The notes: generated by a model not told the origin, from the letters alone. A stretch of 64,000 nucleotides of DNA from Octopus vulgaris (GCA_951406725.2 OX597817.1:56730001-56794000), one strand, 5' to 3'; counted from the first letter of the stretch, positions 1 through 14,217 are shown. Translations and numbers: made by a program.

Positions 1-888
1 TGTGTATATATGTGTATGTATGTGTGAATATATAAGTATGCAAGTGTGTACGTATGTGTATGTATGTGTGCTTTTCTGCCTGTGTGTGAGAATCTGCATC
101 TTCTTGATTCTTTTTCTAGAGAGCGTCACAGTCTGTACTTGCTACAGCATAATGGTTCCAACACTCTGCCAACCAATCTAACTTTCTGTGGCACCGCTGC
201 CGCGACTACATTGCTACCGCTATCACCACAACCACCACCACCACCACCACCACCACCACCACCACTACTACTGCTACGACACCAGCTATCACCACCACTA
301 CCACCACTACCACTACTTCTACAACCACCACCATATCTTCCCCTACCACATCCCTATCGGGCATTAGATTTTGATTTATTTCCCGCCTTCAGACCTGAAA
401 ACGCCGGACATCTTGATATTTCGCTTTCATTCCAGTTTTCCTCTCTTTTATTTCCTCTTCCATTCTTCTTCTTCTTCTTCTTCTTCTTCTTCTTCTTCTT
501 CTTCTTCTTCTTCTTCTTCTTCTTCTTCTTCTTCTTCTTCTTCTTCTTCTTCTTCTTCTTCTTCTTCTTCTTTATCTTCTTCTTCTCCATCTTCTTCTTC
601 TTCTTCCTCCTCCTCCACCTTCTTCTGTTTCTGTCTGTCTTCTCTCTTCCGTCTAGTTTTTCTTATGTCTTTATTGGTCTTTCTTTCCTCCCACCCACTT
701 CTACTCTCTCCATCCTCTCTCTCACTTTGTCTCTCTCACACACACACACTCTTCTCCTCTCTTCTCCTCTTCTCTCTTTTCTCATGTCCTCCTCCTCTTC
801 TATTACTTCTGTCTTCTAAATAATCTTCTGTCTTCTAATACTGTCTTCTTTCCACTTCTTCTAATGTCTTCTGTTTCTGCTACACCTT

Positions 889-928
<40 letters not shown>

Positions 929-1304
929 AATTTCGTTCGCTACTACTTCACCATCGTTTCTATATAACCCTCCTCTATCTCCTCCAATCTTCATCGTCTT
1001 TTTTATTTTTCATCAACATCATCATCATCATCACCATCGTCATCATTATTACCTTCTTCTTCTCCTCCTCCTCCTCCTCCTCCTTCTTCTTCTTCTTCTT
1101 CTTCTTATTCCTATCCTTTCTTTTTTCTCTTTTTTCTGTTTTCTTCTTCTCCTTCACCTCCGGCAAAGCAGGAAAGCCAGGAAATTACCATAGTCTTGTC
1201 TTCGTTTGCTTTTACCATCCACCACTTCTATGGCACTTCTCAATATGTCTCTCCCTCTCTCCACCTCTCTCTCCCTTTTTCTCTCTCACTCAATTTCTCT
1301 CTCT

Positions 1305-1342
<38 letters not shown>

Positions 1343-1733
1343 CTTCTTTTTCTCCAGTGTCTTGGTGTTCTTTGTTTTGTTTTAGATTTTATTTTTGTTT
1401 GTTGTTTTTCAACTTCCCCTCTTCATATTCGCACTCTTTAGCCACCACGCCACCTGCAACCATCACAAGCACTACAACCACCACCAGCACTACCACCGCC
1501 ACTATCACCTTCAACGTCACCACTGTGATCAGCAAACATTACCACACCGTTGCTGCCATAACTACCTCTACCGCACAACGACCACCACTGCTGACTACTT
1601 CTGTACTGCTATACACACAAATTATGCGTGTGTATGTAGATGCATACATATATATATATATGTGTGTGTGTGTATGTGCATGCATGTGTGTGTGTCTATG
1701 TGTATATACATATATACATATATATATGCATAC

Positions 1734-1814
<81 letters not shown>

Positions 1815-1940
1815 CATATATGTCCTTCATTTACACATATATATTACATATATGAAATATATATGTGTACATATATTATACATACAGACAGATAGAATGA
1901 CATACACACATGCACCATGCATATATAAACCCTTTATTGC

Positions 1941-1971
<31 letters not shown>

Positions 1972-2765
1972 TCAGTATACATACTCAGATAAGAATAACC
2001 ATATATATATATATATATACATACATGTACGTATACATATACATATACATATATATATATATAAGGAGGTAAATGTATGTGTATATTATATACATACACG
2101 CGCATACAGAAACACACGCACGCGTTAAACACAGTCATAGACACACATGGACACATACACACACATACACGCACTCACACACACAAACACACACAAGCAC
2201 ACACGCGCCATATTCCTCTCCTCTTCATCTTCATTTCCCGTTCTTTTCCGTCTTCTTTCCTTACAATAAACTTCTCTTTCCATCTTAACTTCGCATTCCT
2301 TTGTCATTTGCACTTCACTCCGTTACTCCACGTTATACTCCGCCTTCACTCTCACTCACCGTTCCTCCATTCCACACTCCATTTTCAATCTCTCTCTCTC
2401 TCTCTCTCTGTTTATCATTTACTCACATTCTCGTGTCGCATTCACTTCTCATTCTTTCACCGTCTCACTCACTCACTCTTCCTCCCTCTCATCTTCATCT
2501 TCCATCACTTCTCTTTCCCTCTCACATTCTATCAAAACCTCCCTTACCTTCACCTTCTCTCTCCCTCATTCCCCCTCATCCTCTCTTGTTTATCTATCTA
2601 CCTCTTTCTCCCTCTCTGTCTTATTCGTCTCTCACATCATCCTCACATCGCTTCATTAATCTTTCCTTCTCTCTCTTTCTCATTCTTTCCCTCTCAAGAT
2701 TTTCTTTCCTTCTCTCGATCTCTCTTAGTTTATAACCCCACACTTATCATTGTTGTTGTTGTTGA

Positions 2766-2825
<60 letters not shown>

Positions 2826-2924
2826 TCACTCAATTACCTCCCTTTTTGCTCTTCGTGTTAGCATATCTCAATATATATGCATACGTGTGTATACGCATAA
2901 TATTTGCGCATATATATATATATG

Positions 2925-2966
<42 letters not shown>

Positions 2967-3311
2967 CCTGTATGTATGTATATATACACGTACATATATA
3001 CATGCATATATTTATATATGCATACATACATAATTTATGCAGCATATATATACATACATACATACATACACATATATGTTGAATATACCATATACACATA
3101 CATAGAGTGTGTGTATGCTATATTCAATATATATATATATGTGTGTGTGTATATATATGAGAGTGTGAAGGTAGTGGTGGCTGATGTGATGTCTGTGTGT
3201 TGATGTATGTATATGTGCACGTGTCTGTGCGTGCTTGTGTATGTGTGCTTGTGTGTGTGTATGTGTGTGTGTATGTTTATATACATATATATATACATAT
3301 ATGTGTGTGTG

Positions 3312-3385
<74 letters not shown>

Positions 3386-3449
3386 CATACATATACATAC
3401 GTTTATGAATTTGTATTCCACGTCTTCATATATATATATATATATATAC

Positions 3450-3499
<50 letters not shown>

Positions 3500-3733
3500 G
3501 TGCGGTGGAATACATATATAGTCGGCGACACACAGACAGACCACTCATACAGTTTGTCTTCCTATACGTCTCATTTCCTATCCACTTCCCATCCTGTCCT
3601 TCATTGCCATTCCTTTATTTTATGTTTTCAGCTCCTTCCTCTCCTATCTGCTGTTCGCCTTACTCTTCTACCTACTCCTAACTCGACTTGTTCTCCATTT
3701 ATTATTTCTCCCAATCCCTTCTCTTTCACCACC

Positions 3734-3772
<39 letters not shown>

Positions 3773-3789
3773 TCCTTGTTCATGCATAT

Positions 3790-3854
<65 letters not shown>

Positions 3855-4057
3855 GTATACATATATATATATATATATATACGTATATATATATAATGTA
3901 TACATACCAACGTGTATCTGTCTATCTATATCTTTCTCTCTCTCTATATATATATATATAGATAGATAGATATTTGCACGCACCCGCGCATATATATATG
4001 CATATATTACGTATATACATATATATGCGCCTATGCATACACATATATATATATCTT

Positions 4058-4097
<40 letters not shown>

Positions 4098-5490
4098 CCA
4101 TACATTATATACATGCCAATATCATGCATATATATATATATATCTATATATATATAAATATATATATATATGTATGTTTGTATGTATATATACGCATATG
4201 CATATGTGTGTGTGTGTGTGTAAAACTATTCATACACTTCGTTTCGACTTCCTGTCTATCTGTCTTATTATTTCCTGTCTACCTCGCTTTACCTCCCCCA
4301 CCCCCCACGACACCCCCTCCCGCCACCACCACCCCCATCACTGTCCATTCATTTCTAACCTTCGCTCTCCCCCCTCCCTCTCCTATGTTTATTTCGTCAC
4401 CTCGCTTTCTAACACTCTTTTTGCCTTCTCATTCTCTTACTCTATCTATCGCCACCTCTCTATCATTGTCATGCATTCTCTCTCTCTCTCTCCCTTCCTC
4501 CTCCTCCTTCTTCAGCCTCCCCTTCTTTATCTTCTGCTTTTCTACCCCCATTACCTCCCTCCCCCTCTCATATTTCTTCAGCTTTCTTTAGTCTGACTAT
4601 ATTATCGTCTGCTCCTTCAAATCTAGCGCCTCCCCTTCAGTCAAATATTTTTCCCTTTCTCCTCCCCCTCCTTCTTTTATATTGCATAGCTTTCTTTTCC
4701 CCCTCACTAAATTTGTTTCCCTTTCTCTTTCTACCTCTTGCTCTTTGTCTACCTCGCATTCCCCCTCCTTCACATACTCCTGCATCTCTTTACTCTTCCT
4801 TTCCCCCTCATTCATCCCCTCTCTTTCTCCACTAATATTGTCATCTAGCCCCTCCCCTTCTCTGCTAAATATTTTCTTCATCTTTCATATTACATATTTT
4901 ACCATAGATATAACTCTCTCCCTCTTACTCTCCCTCTCTCTTTGTGTCACTTACTCTTTCTCGCTCACTTTCACTATCCCTCTCTCTCTCAGGCCCCCTT
5001 ATTTCCCCCCTCTCTTTACTCCTTCCTTCTCCCTCTATCTCTCTACCTCTCTCTCAATCTCTCTGTCATTCAATTATTCCTCTCTCACACTCTCCCTCTC
5101 TCTCTTTCTCTCTCTCTCACTCTCACTCTCCCTCTCACTCAGTCACACTCTGTAACGCATTAATATTTCCCACTTACATTGCTCTTTCTCTCTCACTCTC
5201 TCTTCCTCTGCTTTCTCATTTTTTCTCTGTCTACATCTACCCCTCTCTTTCTCCCTTTTTGCTCTCACTCACTCTTTCTCCTTTCCCTCCCTCTATTCCA
5301 TTTACCTCCTACCTCTTCAATATCTCTATATTTCTTCCTCTTATTTTTTTTCCTGTCGTCTGCTATTTCCAATTTCTCCGCATCACATCTACCATTAGGT
5401 ATTTTCATTCCTTTTCTTTTCTCTTTCATTCTAATTTCTATTTCTCTCATTTCTTTCCTTTCATTTTCTCTTTCAGTACTCATTCTCTCT

Positions 5491-5549
<59 letters not shown>

Positions 5550-6482
5550 TATGTCGTTCTCTTCCAATTTCTCGTCATTACGTGATATTTTCATTCCTAA
5601 TATTTTTCTCTTTCATTTCACACTGCTCTCTTTTATTTCTTTCGTTTGACCAACTCTATCACTACATCTCACTCTCCCTCTCTCTCTTTCTTTCTTTCTT
5701 TCTTTATCTCCATGCCTTCTTCTCATCTCTTCAGCACGTCCACCAGAGAAAGATATTTTCATTCCTTAACTTTCTCTTTCTTTCCGAATTTACAAATTAT
5801 TCTAACTTTTATCTCCTTCCTATCTTTTTTCTTTCATTACTTATTATTTATTCTCCATTTCTCTTCCAATTTCCTCCTTCACTCACAATTTTCTCTACAT
5901 CAGGACAGCCTCCTTTCTATCCATTTATTCTTTCTCCCACAAATCCTTCATTCTGTTTCCTTCTTTTAATTCATTCCATCCCCCTCAATTCGCACTATTC
6001 CATCTCACACTTTCTTTTCCATCCCCTCTCTCTCTTTCTTTCCCTCTCTTTCTATCTATCTCTATCTTTGTGGTGTGTGTGTGTGTTTGTGGACATGTTT
6101 CTTCTTCCTTCCGATTCATTCCTTCAGTAATCCAAATTTAATTCCTTTCATATATCAACTTCAACAACAACATCATCATCATCACCATCATCATCACCAC
6201 CATCATCACCACCATCAGCATCATCGTCATCACAATCATCATCACAATCATCATCATCATCATCATCAGTGTCTTCTTTCATTCCTTCCTTCCCTCTTAA
6301 TACCTCCACATATCTTAAAATTTTTATTCTTTTACCAACCCCACCCCACCCCGTTTTACTCATTCACTTTCGTTTTCTGTCTCCCTTTTACTACGCTCCT
6401 TTCTCACCATAGTCCCTTATATTTTCTTCTTCTTCTTCTTCTTCTTCTTCTTCTTCTTCTTCTTCTTCTTCTTCTTCTTCTT

Positions 6483-6525
<43 letters not shown>

Positions 6526-6592
6526 AACTATTTCTTCATTTCTTCGTCTTCTGAGAGATATACACACCTATACATCTCTGTTTGTATGTATG

Positions 6593-6635
<43 letters not shown>

Positions 6636-6884
6636 CACGCACACGTATACACACATATATAGGTATACACACACACACACACACAGCACACACATACACA
6701 CACACACACACATACATATTTAGCTATATCCTCTTCCTCCGTCTCTTTTACCCAAGCACGCTATTAAGTCGTACTCTTTAAGTCTCCTCCTCCTTCTCCT
6801 CCAACTCCATCACTTCTCACTGAAATAGCTGAAACAGTAAAGAAACTCTCCACTCGTGGAGATACATTTTTTTGTTACGCTTTA

Positions 6885-6955
<71 letters not shown>

Positions 6956-7073
6956 GTTTTGCTTTTTTTTCTTTTTCCCTTCTGTTAAGCTATTATTCTT
7001 GTTCTTTATTTTATTCTTATTCTTTTACAGTCGTACACACACAAACCTGCGTCCACGCACGCACGCGCACACG

Positions 7074-7131
<58 letters not shown>

Positions 7132-7238
7132 CACAGATGCATGCACGAAAAGAAGGAATTAGAGAGTTGTGTGTTCGTATGAGCGTGGATTTAATTACAG
7201 CTATAAATGTATTGGCATGTGTGAATATACGTGGGTGC

Positions 7239-7281
<43 letters not shown>

Positions 7282-7316
7282 CATATAACTGTGTGTATAT
7301 ATGCATACACATATAC

Positions 7317-7380
<64 letters not shown>

Positions 7381-7399
7381 CATGTATACGTATATATAT

Positions 7400-7445
<46 letters not shown>

Positions 7446-7619
7446 GAATATAAATACATACAATTAACCATAAACTTATATGCTTGCCTATGTGTGTATA
7501 TGTGTGTGGGTATCCACATGTATATATACGTACCTATATAATACATATGTATATACATGTATATACATATGCATATATATTCGTGAGTGTGTATGCAAAT
7601 CTGCATGCACACATACGTA

Positions 7620-7672
<53 letters not shown>

Positions 7673-7675
7673 ATG

Positions 7676-7709
<34 letters not shown>

Positions 7710-7750
7710 CATGTATGTATGCGTGTGTGTATATGCGCATACGTATGCAT
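1..7750. repeat. Simple-sequence domain: (CTT)n, (CCA)n, (CTA)n, (TA)n, (TG/CA)n, (CT)n, (CAT)n and long polypyrimidine tracts
   Basis: Read directly, e.g. (CTT)n ~463-570, (CT)n ~5500-5545, (CTT)n(CTA)n ~6425-6530 and many (TA)n runs. All ORFs here are homopolymeric or dipeptide read-throughs. Confidence 0.95.
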
Positions 7751-8435
7751 ATGTCATTAAACAAATAATTGGAAAGCTTTGTTAACCAGTTTAATGTTAA
7801 TCTGTTGGTAAGCGTATCCGCGAGCTGCACATCTGTTTGGTACAGTAACAGGGTTTATTGCATCGCTTTTTATAATGAATAGAAACAAGGAGCTAGATTA
7901 GACGAGCTTTTGACCACAATCGTAGTCATCTGCAGAGCTATGTACTTAAGATTCGGCTGGTATTGATATACGAGCAGGTAAGTAGATGTACAAACAGCTG
8001 AGCACCATCATGTGAAATTCATATCGGCTTTAATTATACACTTCCCCTCAGAGGGACATAGAACGTATAAGATGTAATGGCGTCCTTTTTTAGAGCTCTT
8101 TCTCATTGTGCGGCTAACTGACGTTTAGAAAAAAAATGGCGGTTGTTATTTTATAAGTATAATTATGGCAGAAGGTTTAAAGTATATGACCACGTCGATC
8201 GTAAGTTTTATTATTTGTGTTGCAGTCGTTGTTTATTTAGTTTTACAGTTTATTTAATTTTTCTTAGAATTATTTTCAATTCTTTTCTTTGTAATTGAAT
8301 AATTTATATTTGGGGGTTTATGTTAGTTTATAGCGGCGCACTTATTTGAATAATACTTCAATTTTATCTCCGTTATATGTGTTCTTTGTTTTTTTCCTTA
8401 AGATTTAATTCTACTCTCTTCTCAGAAAAGATTCA

Positions 8436-8462
8436 ATTATTATTATTATTATTATTATTATT

Positions 8463-8512
<50 letters not shown>

Positions 8513-8676
8513 TATTATTATTATTAGTAGTAGTAGTAGTAGTAGTAGTAGCTGTAGTAGTAGTAGTAGTAGTAATAGTGGTGGTGGTGGCGGTGATAGT
8601 AGTACCATCAATATCATCATCATCATCGTTATAATCAGCATCATCATTATAATCATATCCTTATTATTATTACTAT

Positions 8677-8709
<33 letters not shown>

Positions 8710-8731
8710 TATTACTATTTGTTGTTGCTGC

Positions 8732-8800
<69 letters not shown>
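8436..8800. repeat. Compound trinucleotide microsatellite (ATT/CAT/AGT/GTT)
   Basis: Direct reading of the sequence. Confidence 0.95.
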
Positions 8801-8803
<3 letters not shown>

Positions 8804-9489
8804 ATGTCTGTTATAAAAAGTATTTAATTTTTTCCCCCTCTCCTAACGTTGTACTATCTGGTTAAATTTTATGGAAATCCTGAAACGAAAAAAAAAGTAG
8901 GAAGGAAATAAAATAACCAAAAAAAAACCCCGAAATGTGTTGCACGCTCCAGCAAATGCATAGGTAGGCGTCTCAAAGTAGTCGTAAATGTCTGTTCAAT
9001 ATGACAACATCTAATTTTACACGTAAATTTATTAACTGTATGCCAGGAAACCGCGGTTCCAAATACAAAATTATAGGTTAGCATTTCGAATCATAAGTCC
9101 TTTCAATTTAATATTTTTTTCTTTTCTAATAAATAATAAGTGTTAATCTTTACCATAGAACTGGCATTTAACTTCTTACAAGAATTTTTTTCGGTTTAGT
9201 AAAATGGAAGTTCCTAATTCTGTAATGTGTTTTATTTGTTTCAGCCATTAGACAGCCGCCATGTTGAAGATTTGCCTTGAAAGATGTAGTCGAACAAATC
9301 GACATCAGCACTTGCTTTTGTTTATTTTTTTGTTTTTAATTAACCTGGTACTCTGAACCTTTCCAAGTTCAAATCCCGCCATAACCTTCTTGGGTGGTAG
9401 ACGTTATCTGTCGCATGGGTTAATTCCATCTTCAGACAACTTGAGTGTCTTTAGTGGCGGTTACTTTCTTGCAAGCGTTGGGAACATCA

Positions 9490-9960
9490 CCAATACCACC
9501 ATCTCCACAATAACAATCAGCAGCGGCAGCAGTAGCAGTAGCTGCAGCAGTATCATCATCATCGTCATCATCATCATCATCATCATGATCTTCATCATTA
9601 TCATCACCATCATCATCAACATCATCCTCAACATCTTCATCATCATCAGCTTCATCATTATCATCTCCATCATCATAATCATCATCATCTTCATCATCAT
9701 CATAATCATCATCACAACCATCATCAACATCAACATCATCATCATCATAATCATAATCATCATCATCCTCATCATTATCAGCATCCTCATCCTCATCATC
9801 ATCGTCGTTGTCGTCGTCATAACCAATAATGCTACAGCTACCACAGTAACCACTATTACAAGATATACCACCAGAACCACTACAACCACAACAACCACTG
9901 CTACCAACTAACCTCATCTTGCGTCATAACCACCACAACAGCAACTGCAACAACAACTGT
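9490..9960. repeat. Degenerate (CAT)n/(CAA)n microsatellite
   Basis: Direct reading; gives poly-I/D/M ORFs. Confidence 0.9.
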
Positions 9961-10273
9961 CTCTGCTATATCCCATACTATCACCACTAATATTAACACA
10001 AAATCCACCACTTGTGAGTAGATTTGACAGAAACTGAAGGAAGCCCGTTGTAGCTATACATATGATATAACTACTATATATACATATATATATATATGCA
10101 AAATGCTCGAAATGAGGAGTAGATAGACAGCGGACAACTGATGAAGGGTCGTTCTTTATGTTACTTGTCCTGTTTTCAATTTGTTTCTCTGGTTGTTTGC
10201 GTATTGAACTCATTTGTTTTCGTATTTCACATTGTTTACAGTTGTTGACTTCCTGTACCCATATATGCATGTG

Positions 10274-10347
<74 letters not shown>

Positions 10348-10467
10348 TATATACATATATATATATTTATATATATATATGTTTATATATATATGCATAT
10401 ATATATATTATTTATGCTATTTGATTGAACGCCACGCATCTATTTCCAAGTAAGTTTATATATATAC

Positions 10468-10527
<60 letters not shown>

Positions 10528-10531
<4 letters not shown>

Positions 10532-10748
10532 CAAATTTACAGAAGACAAGAACAAGTGAGGGAACAACGAGCAGATGTATTAGTTTAACGATCGGGGTGA
10601 ATGAAAAAGTGTTTGATGTTTCGAACATATGCTCTTCAACAGAAAGGATTGAGAGGGGAAAATATTGGAGATAGAACGAAAAAAAAATGAAAAGAGAAAA
10701 AATGTGTAGGAATTACCGATTCAACATTATGAAATGATGAAATGACCA

Positions 10749-10786
<38 letters not shown>

Positions 10787-11612
10787 TAAATAAAATAAAA
10801 CATATGCATATATATAAACATATATGTACGTACCTACCTCTACATGTACATATACACGTATATATGAGTACAGGACACCAAAAGGACGTCGAACACAAGG
10901 AGAAACGAAAACATAGACACAAACCAAAGGAATTAGACATTTATTTAAAAACAGCAAAAAAATAGAATACAGGACAATTAACACAAAGAAAAAACCCCTC
11001 CTTCAGTCGCTAAAGCTTTCATCTACTCTATGTTTCGAAGGATAAAAGCGAGACGTATCTTCGACAAGAAAACTTTCCTTCCTGCGAAAAGCAAATCAAT
11101 TAAAATTCTGAGATCTTTTCGCAGAGGGGTAAAAAATAGTAACAACAGGACAGTAACGACAGTACAAATTGTAAACAGTAGAAGACAGGACAAGGAAAAA
11201 CAAGATAAGAAGGGCTGTTGACGCCGAACGAAAAAAGTATTGCAAACGCAGAATTTTTTATGGACGACGAGCGGAGCCAAAAGGAATGTCGTCCATTACC
11301 TTGAGAGAGCCAGGTGAGAGAGACAGCAGCGGAAGTGACGTCGCGGGTGAACGACGGGAAGGCGGAAGTCACGTCGCGGGTGAACGACGGGAAGGGGGGA
11401 GGAGGAGCAAGAGAAAGGGAGAGAAGAAGGGAATGGCTGCGAGGAACCCATAAAGAATGGAGAGGGGGAGAGAGAGTGAAGAATGAGAGAGAGGAAGAGA
11501 CAAGTTAAGTAGAGGAAAAGGAAAACAAAGAATGAAGGCTGAGAAAGGGATGGGACAGAAAGGTTAAGAGTGCGCGTGAGAGTTAATATCAAGAACAAGA
11601 ACTTGATATAAA
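10528..11612 (-). mobile_element. Degenerate Penelope-like 3'-end fragments between (TA)n tracts
   Basis: Minus strand at ~11612-11560 reads KFLFLILTLTRTLN, resembling the GIY-YIG C-terminal 'I..L.P.LN' end. Decayed hammerhead-like motifs lie at ~10612-10642 (TTGAAGAGCATATGTTCGAAAC) and ~11028-11066. Confidence 0.4.
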
Positions 11613-11821
11613 GAACAATCTTAATTAAATATATATATATATATACGTTTAAATATTTGTTGTGCAAGATTTTTTATGTGAAGTCGTGTGTTGAAACAGA
11701 TATTGTTATATTTCGGAATGGTCATATTGCCAGTTTAGCCAATAAAAACACACGCACTATATATTTGGTGTTATTTTGCTTCAGTGATATTTATTTTTTA
11801 CATTAATCTTAATCTTATTTC

Positions 11822-11866
11822 GGCCAAAGTTCTTTCGTCACACTCCTGTGACCGCATCAGTGGTCC
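11822..11866 (-). ncRNA. Minimal type I hammerhead-like motif in the 3' pLTR
   Basis: Minus strand GGACCA-CUGAUGCG-GUCAC aggagu GUGAC-GAAA-GAAC-UU-UGGCC. The core has C at A9 plus an extra G. Confidence 0.6.
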
Positions 11867-12375
11867 TTTGTTTTCTTCTCACTTACTTGTGTCTCTCCTT
11901 ACTAACCGTCAGCCATTTTGTATTTCTATTGTATGTCTTCATTTGCGCATGCTTATATCTCTATGTGCGTCTATGTTTATTTAGTGTGTGTGTGGGGGGG
12001 ATGCCTGTAATATTTGTATCTTCTGGTTATATACATTTTTGTAATTTGTATTTTGTTTTTGTTGTTGTTGCTTTTGTTCTAATTTTGTTCATGTGTTTAC
12101 ATCCACCCATTATTATCATTACATATGCTTGTATGTATGTATAACAACAATATTAGTAATAATAATAATAAATCTAATCGAAAAAAAAAAAAGAATATAC
12201 ATATACATATATATATATACATACATATACATATACATATATATATATATACATATATACACACATATATACACATATACATATACATATATATACACAT
12301 ATACATATATATAGATATTCATTTCTATTTCTTTAATTACCTGTGTATTTATTATGTTTGCAGGATCCACTATTG

Positions 12376-13144
12376 TCATATGTTGTGGTGTGCGCTATTG
12401 CTCAATTCTAGTTTTCTATTCAGGCTAGGTTTATTTTCTATTATATGTGTAGCTTCTGTAATTTGTCTAATTGTTGCATCTGTTCTATGTGTGGACAATA
12501 TCTTAATCTCTATGTTATTGATTGATCCCCCGTGTTCTTGTTCGGCGTGTTGGTACAGAATCGATGAGCTTTTACCTTCCTTGAGTTGTCTCCAATGTTC
12601 ATTCACCCGCTCACCAATGCTTCTTGCAGTTTCCCCTACGTATGTTACTGTCTTGTTACTGCATCGTCCCTCTATACATCTTATACTATAGACCACATTT
12701 CTGGCTTTACAGTTCGTTTGTGGGCTAAATCTACATACAGTGCAATAGTTATCCGTACAGAGAGTTCTACTAAAAGGATAGCTTCTACCAATTATAGATC
12801 TGATAGGGTTGCCTGGCTTTTCAACAACCTTAATTCTTAGTTTAAGTTTATCTAGGGTCCTTCTAAAGCGGTACGCTAGTTCACCTCCAGGGGTGGTGTC
12901 AACGAACATGACACTCTGGTATTTATGGCTATCATACCAAGAGTTGGCCTTCCCTATTTTCTTTTTGTCCTTTCTATAGTGTTCCATGACTTGTTCCTAT
13001 AGAGTGGGCAAATCCCATTCCTATCATTACATAATATATTATCAAATTTCTTCATGGCTCCTTTGTATACTCTGATCCTTTCTTTATGGCTGTAACCTGA
13101 GAACTGCATGCGGTGAATGAAATACTGTATGTGTCTCTTTAATT
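12376..13144 (-). pseudogene. PLE ORF C-terminal half: RT thumb end, Cys-rich linker and GIY-YIG endonuclease (one frameshift near 12980)
   Basis: ORF 12376-12987 contains CTDNYCTVC...NC, VVYSIRC...YVGETARSIGERVNEH and EATHIIENKPSLN (GIY-YIG hallmarks). An upstream frame gives RMQFSGY...GICPLYR. Confidence 0.9.
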
Positions 13145-13262
13145 CTAAATAAACATAGATGCACATAGAGATATAAGCATGCGCAAATGAAGACATACAA
13201 TAGAAATACAAAATGGCTGACGGTTAGTAAGGAGAGACACAAGTAAGTGAGAAGAAAACAAA

Positions 13263-13307
13263 GGACCACTGATGCGGTCACAGGAGTGTGACGAAAGAAC
13301 TTTGGCC
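13263..13307 (+). ncRNA. Minimal type I hammerhead-like motif in the inverted 5' pLTR
   Basis: Identical reverse-complement copy of the 11822-11866 motif. Confidence 0.6.
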
Positions 13308-13421
13308 GAAATAAGATTAAGATTAATGTAAAAAATAAATATCACTGAAGCAAAATAACACCAAATATATAGTGCGTGTGTTTTTATTGGCTAAACTGGC
13401 AATATGACCATTCCGAAATAT

Positions 13422-13466
<45 letters not shown>

Positions 13467-13470
<4 letters not shown>

Positions 13471-14217
13471 GTTGGCAACGAAGTTCCCACCGTTTTTTTT
13501 TAGATTTTGGAATTTTTTTTCTTCGAGAATTCTATTTTTGAATCATTTTGGAATCTTTTTTTGTTTTTTGTTTTTTCCTATTTAATTTTTGTTTATTTTT
13601 GTTTATTTTCATATCACTAAATGGAAGTTAAGAAAAACGAGCATTTTCGAAACCTTTTTGCTTTTAATCGTCGTACTAAGGATGCAAAAGCTGCTCGCGG
13701 CATTTGTGCTGTGTATGGAGAGGGTGCCATAGCTGAAAGAACTGCTCATAATTGGTATGCCAAGTTCAAAAATAGAAATTTTGACCTCAAACGCGCACCT
13801 CGTTCTGGCCGTCCAGTTGAGTTCGATGAAGAGCGATTAAACCAATTTTTGGACGAAAATACTCATCAGATGACAAAGGAACTTGCAGAGAAAATGGAAT
13901 GCTCCCACATTGCAATAGAGAAGCATCTTCATTCGATAGGAAAGGCTGTACTCTCCTGATTTGGCACCAACGGATTTCCACCTCTTTCGATCTCTTCCAA
14001 ATGCTATGAACGGAGCTTCGTTCAATACTGATACAGAATTGAATTGAAATCGGGTGATTTGTATCAACGAGGTATTTAAAATCGTGTTGAACGTTGGGAA
14101 GAAGTTGTAAACAACAAGGGTGAATACATTATTGATTAATTAGTTGTTATTTTTTATTAAACCTTCTAAAAAAAATTTAATTAAAACGAAACTGTGGGAA
14201 CCTAGTTGCCAACCTAA
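13467..14217 (+). mobile_element. Internally deleted mariner transposon (751 bp)
   Basis: TIRs TTAGGTTGGCAACGAAGTTCCCAC / GTGGGAACCTAGTTGCCAACCTAA with TA on both flanks. N-terminal HTH ORF with PRSGRP, then YSPDLAPTDFHLFRSL in another frame from ~13949. Confidence 0.93.
13621..13959 (+). CDS. Truncated mariner transposase (DNA-binding HTH region only, 112 aa)
   Basis: AARGICAVYGEGAIAERTAHNWYAKFK...PRSGRP...ELAEKM matches the mariner bipartite HTH. The WVPHEL linker and most of the DD34D domain are deleted. Confidence 0.8.
   Translation: MEVKKNEHFRNLFAFNRRTKDAKAARGICAVYGEGAIAERTAHNWYAKFKNRNFDLKRAPRSGRPVEFDEERLNQFLDENTHQMTKELAEKMECSHIAIEKHLHSIGKAVLS

Larger units (their letters stand above)
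11660..13428 (-). mobile_element. 5'-truncated Penelope-like retroelement with inverted pseudo-LTRs
   Basis: A minus-strand RT-thumb/linker/GIY-YIG remnant is flanked by a 284-bp inverted repeat (11701-11984 vs 13145-13428, one mismatch seen). Each arm carries a hammerhead-like motif. An inverted pLTR at the 5' truncation point is the typical PLE insertion structure. Confidence 0.9.

Noticed and set aside
46-7830. Long ORFs (up to 318 aa) in the first 8 kb and similar YI/CV/HT/LS-rich ORFs elsewhere
   Set aside because: These are translations of stop-free microsatellites and polypyrimidine tracts, open in several frames and with no domain signal.
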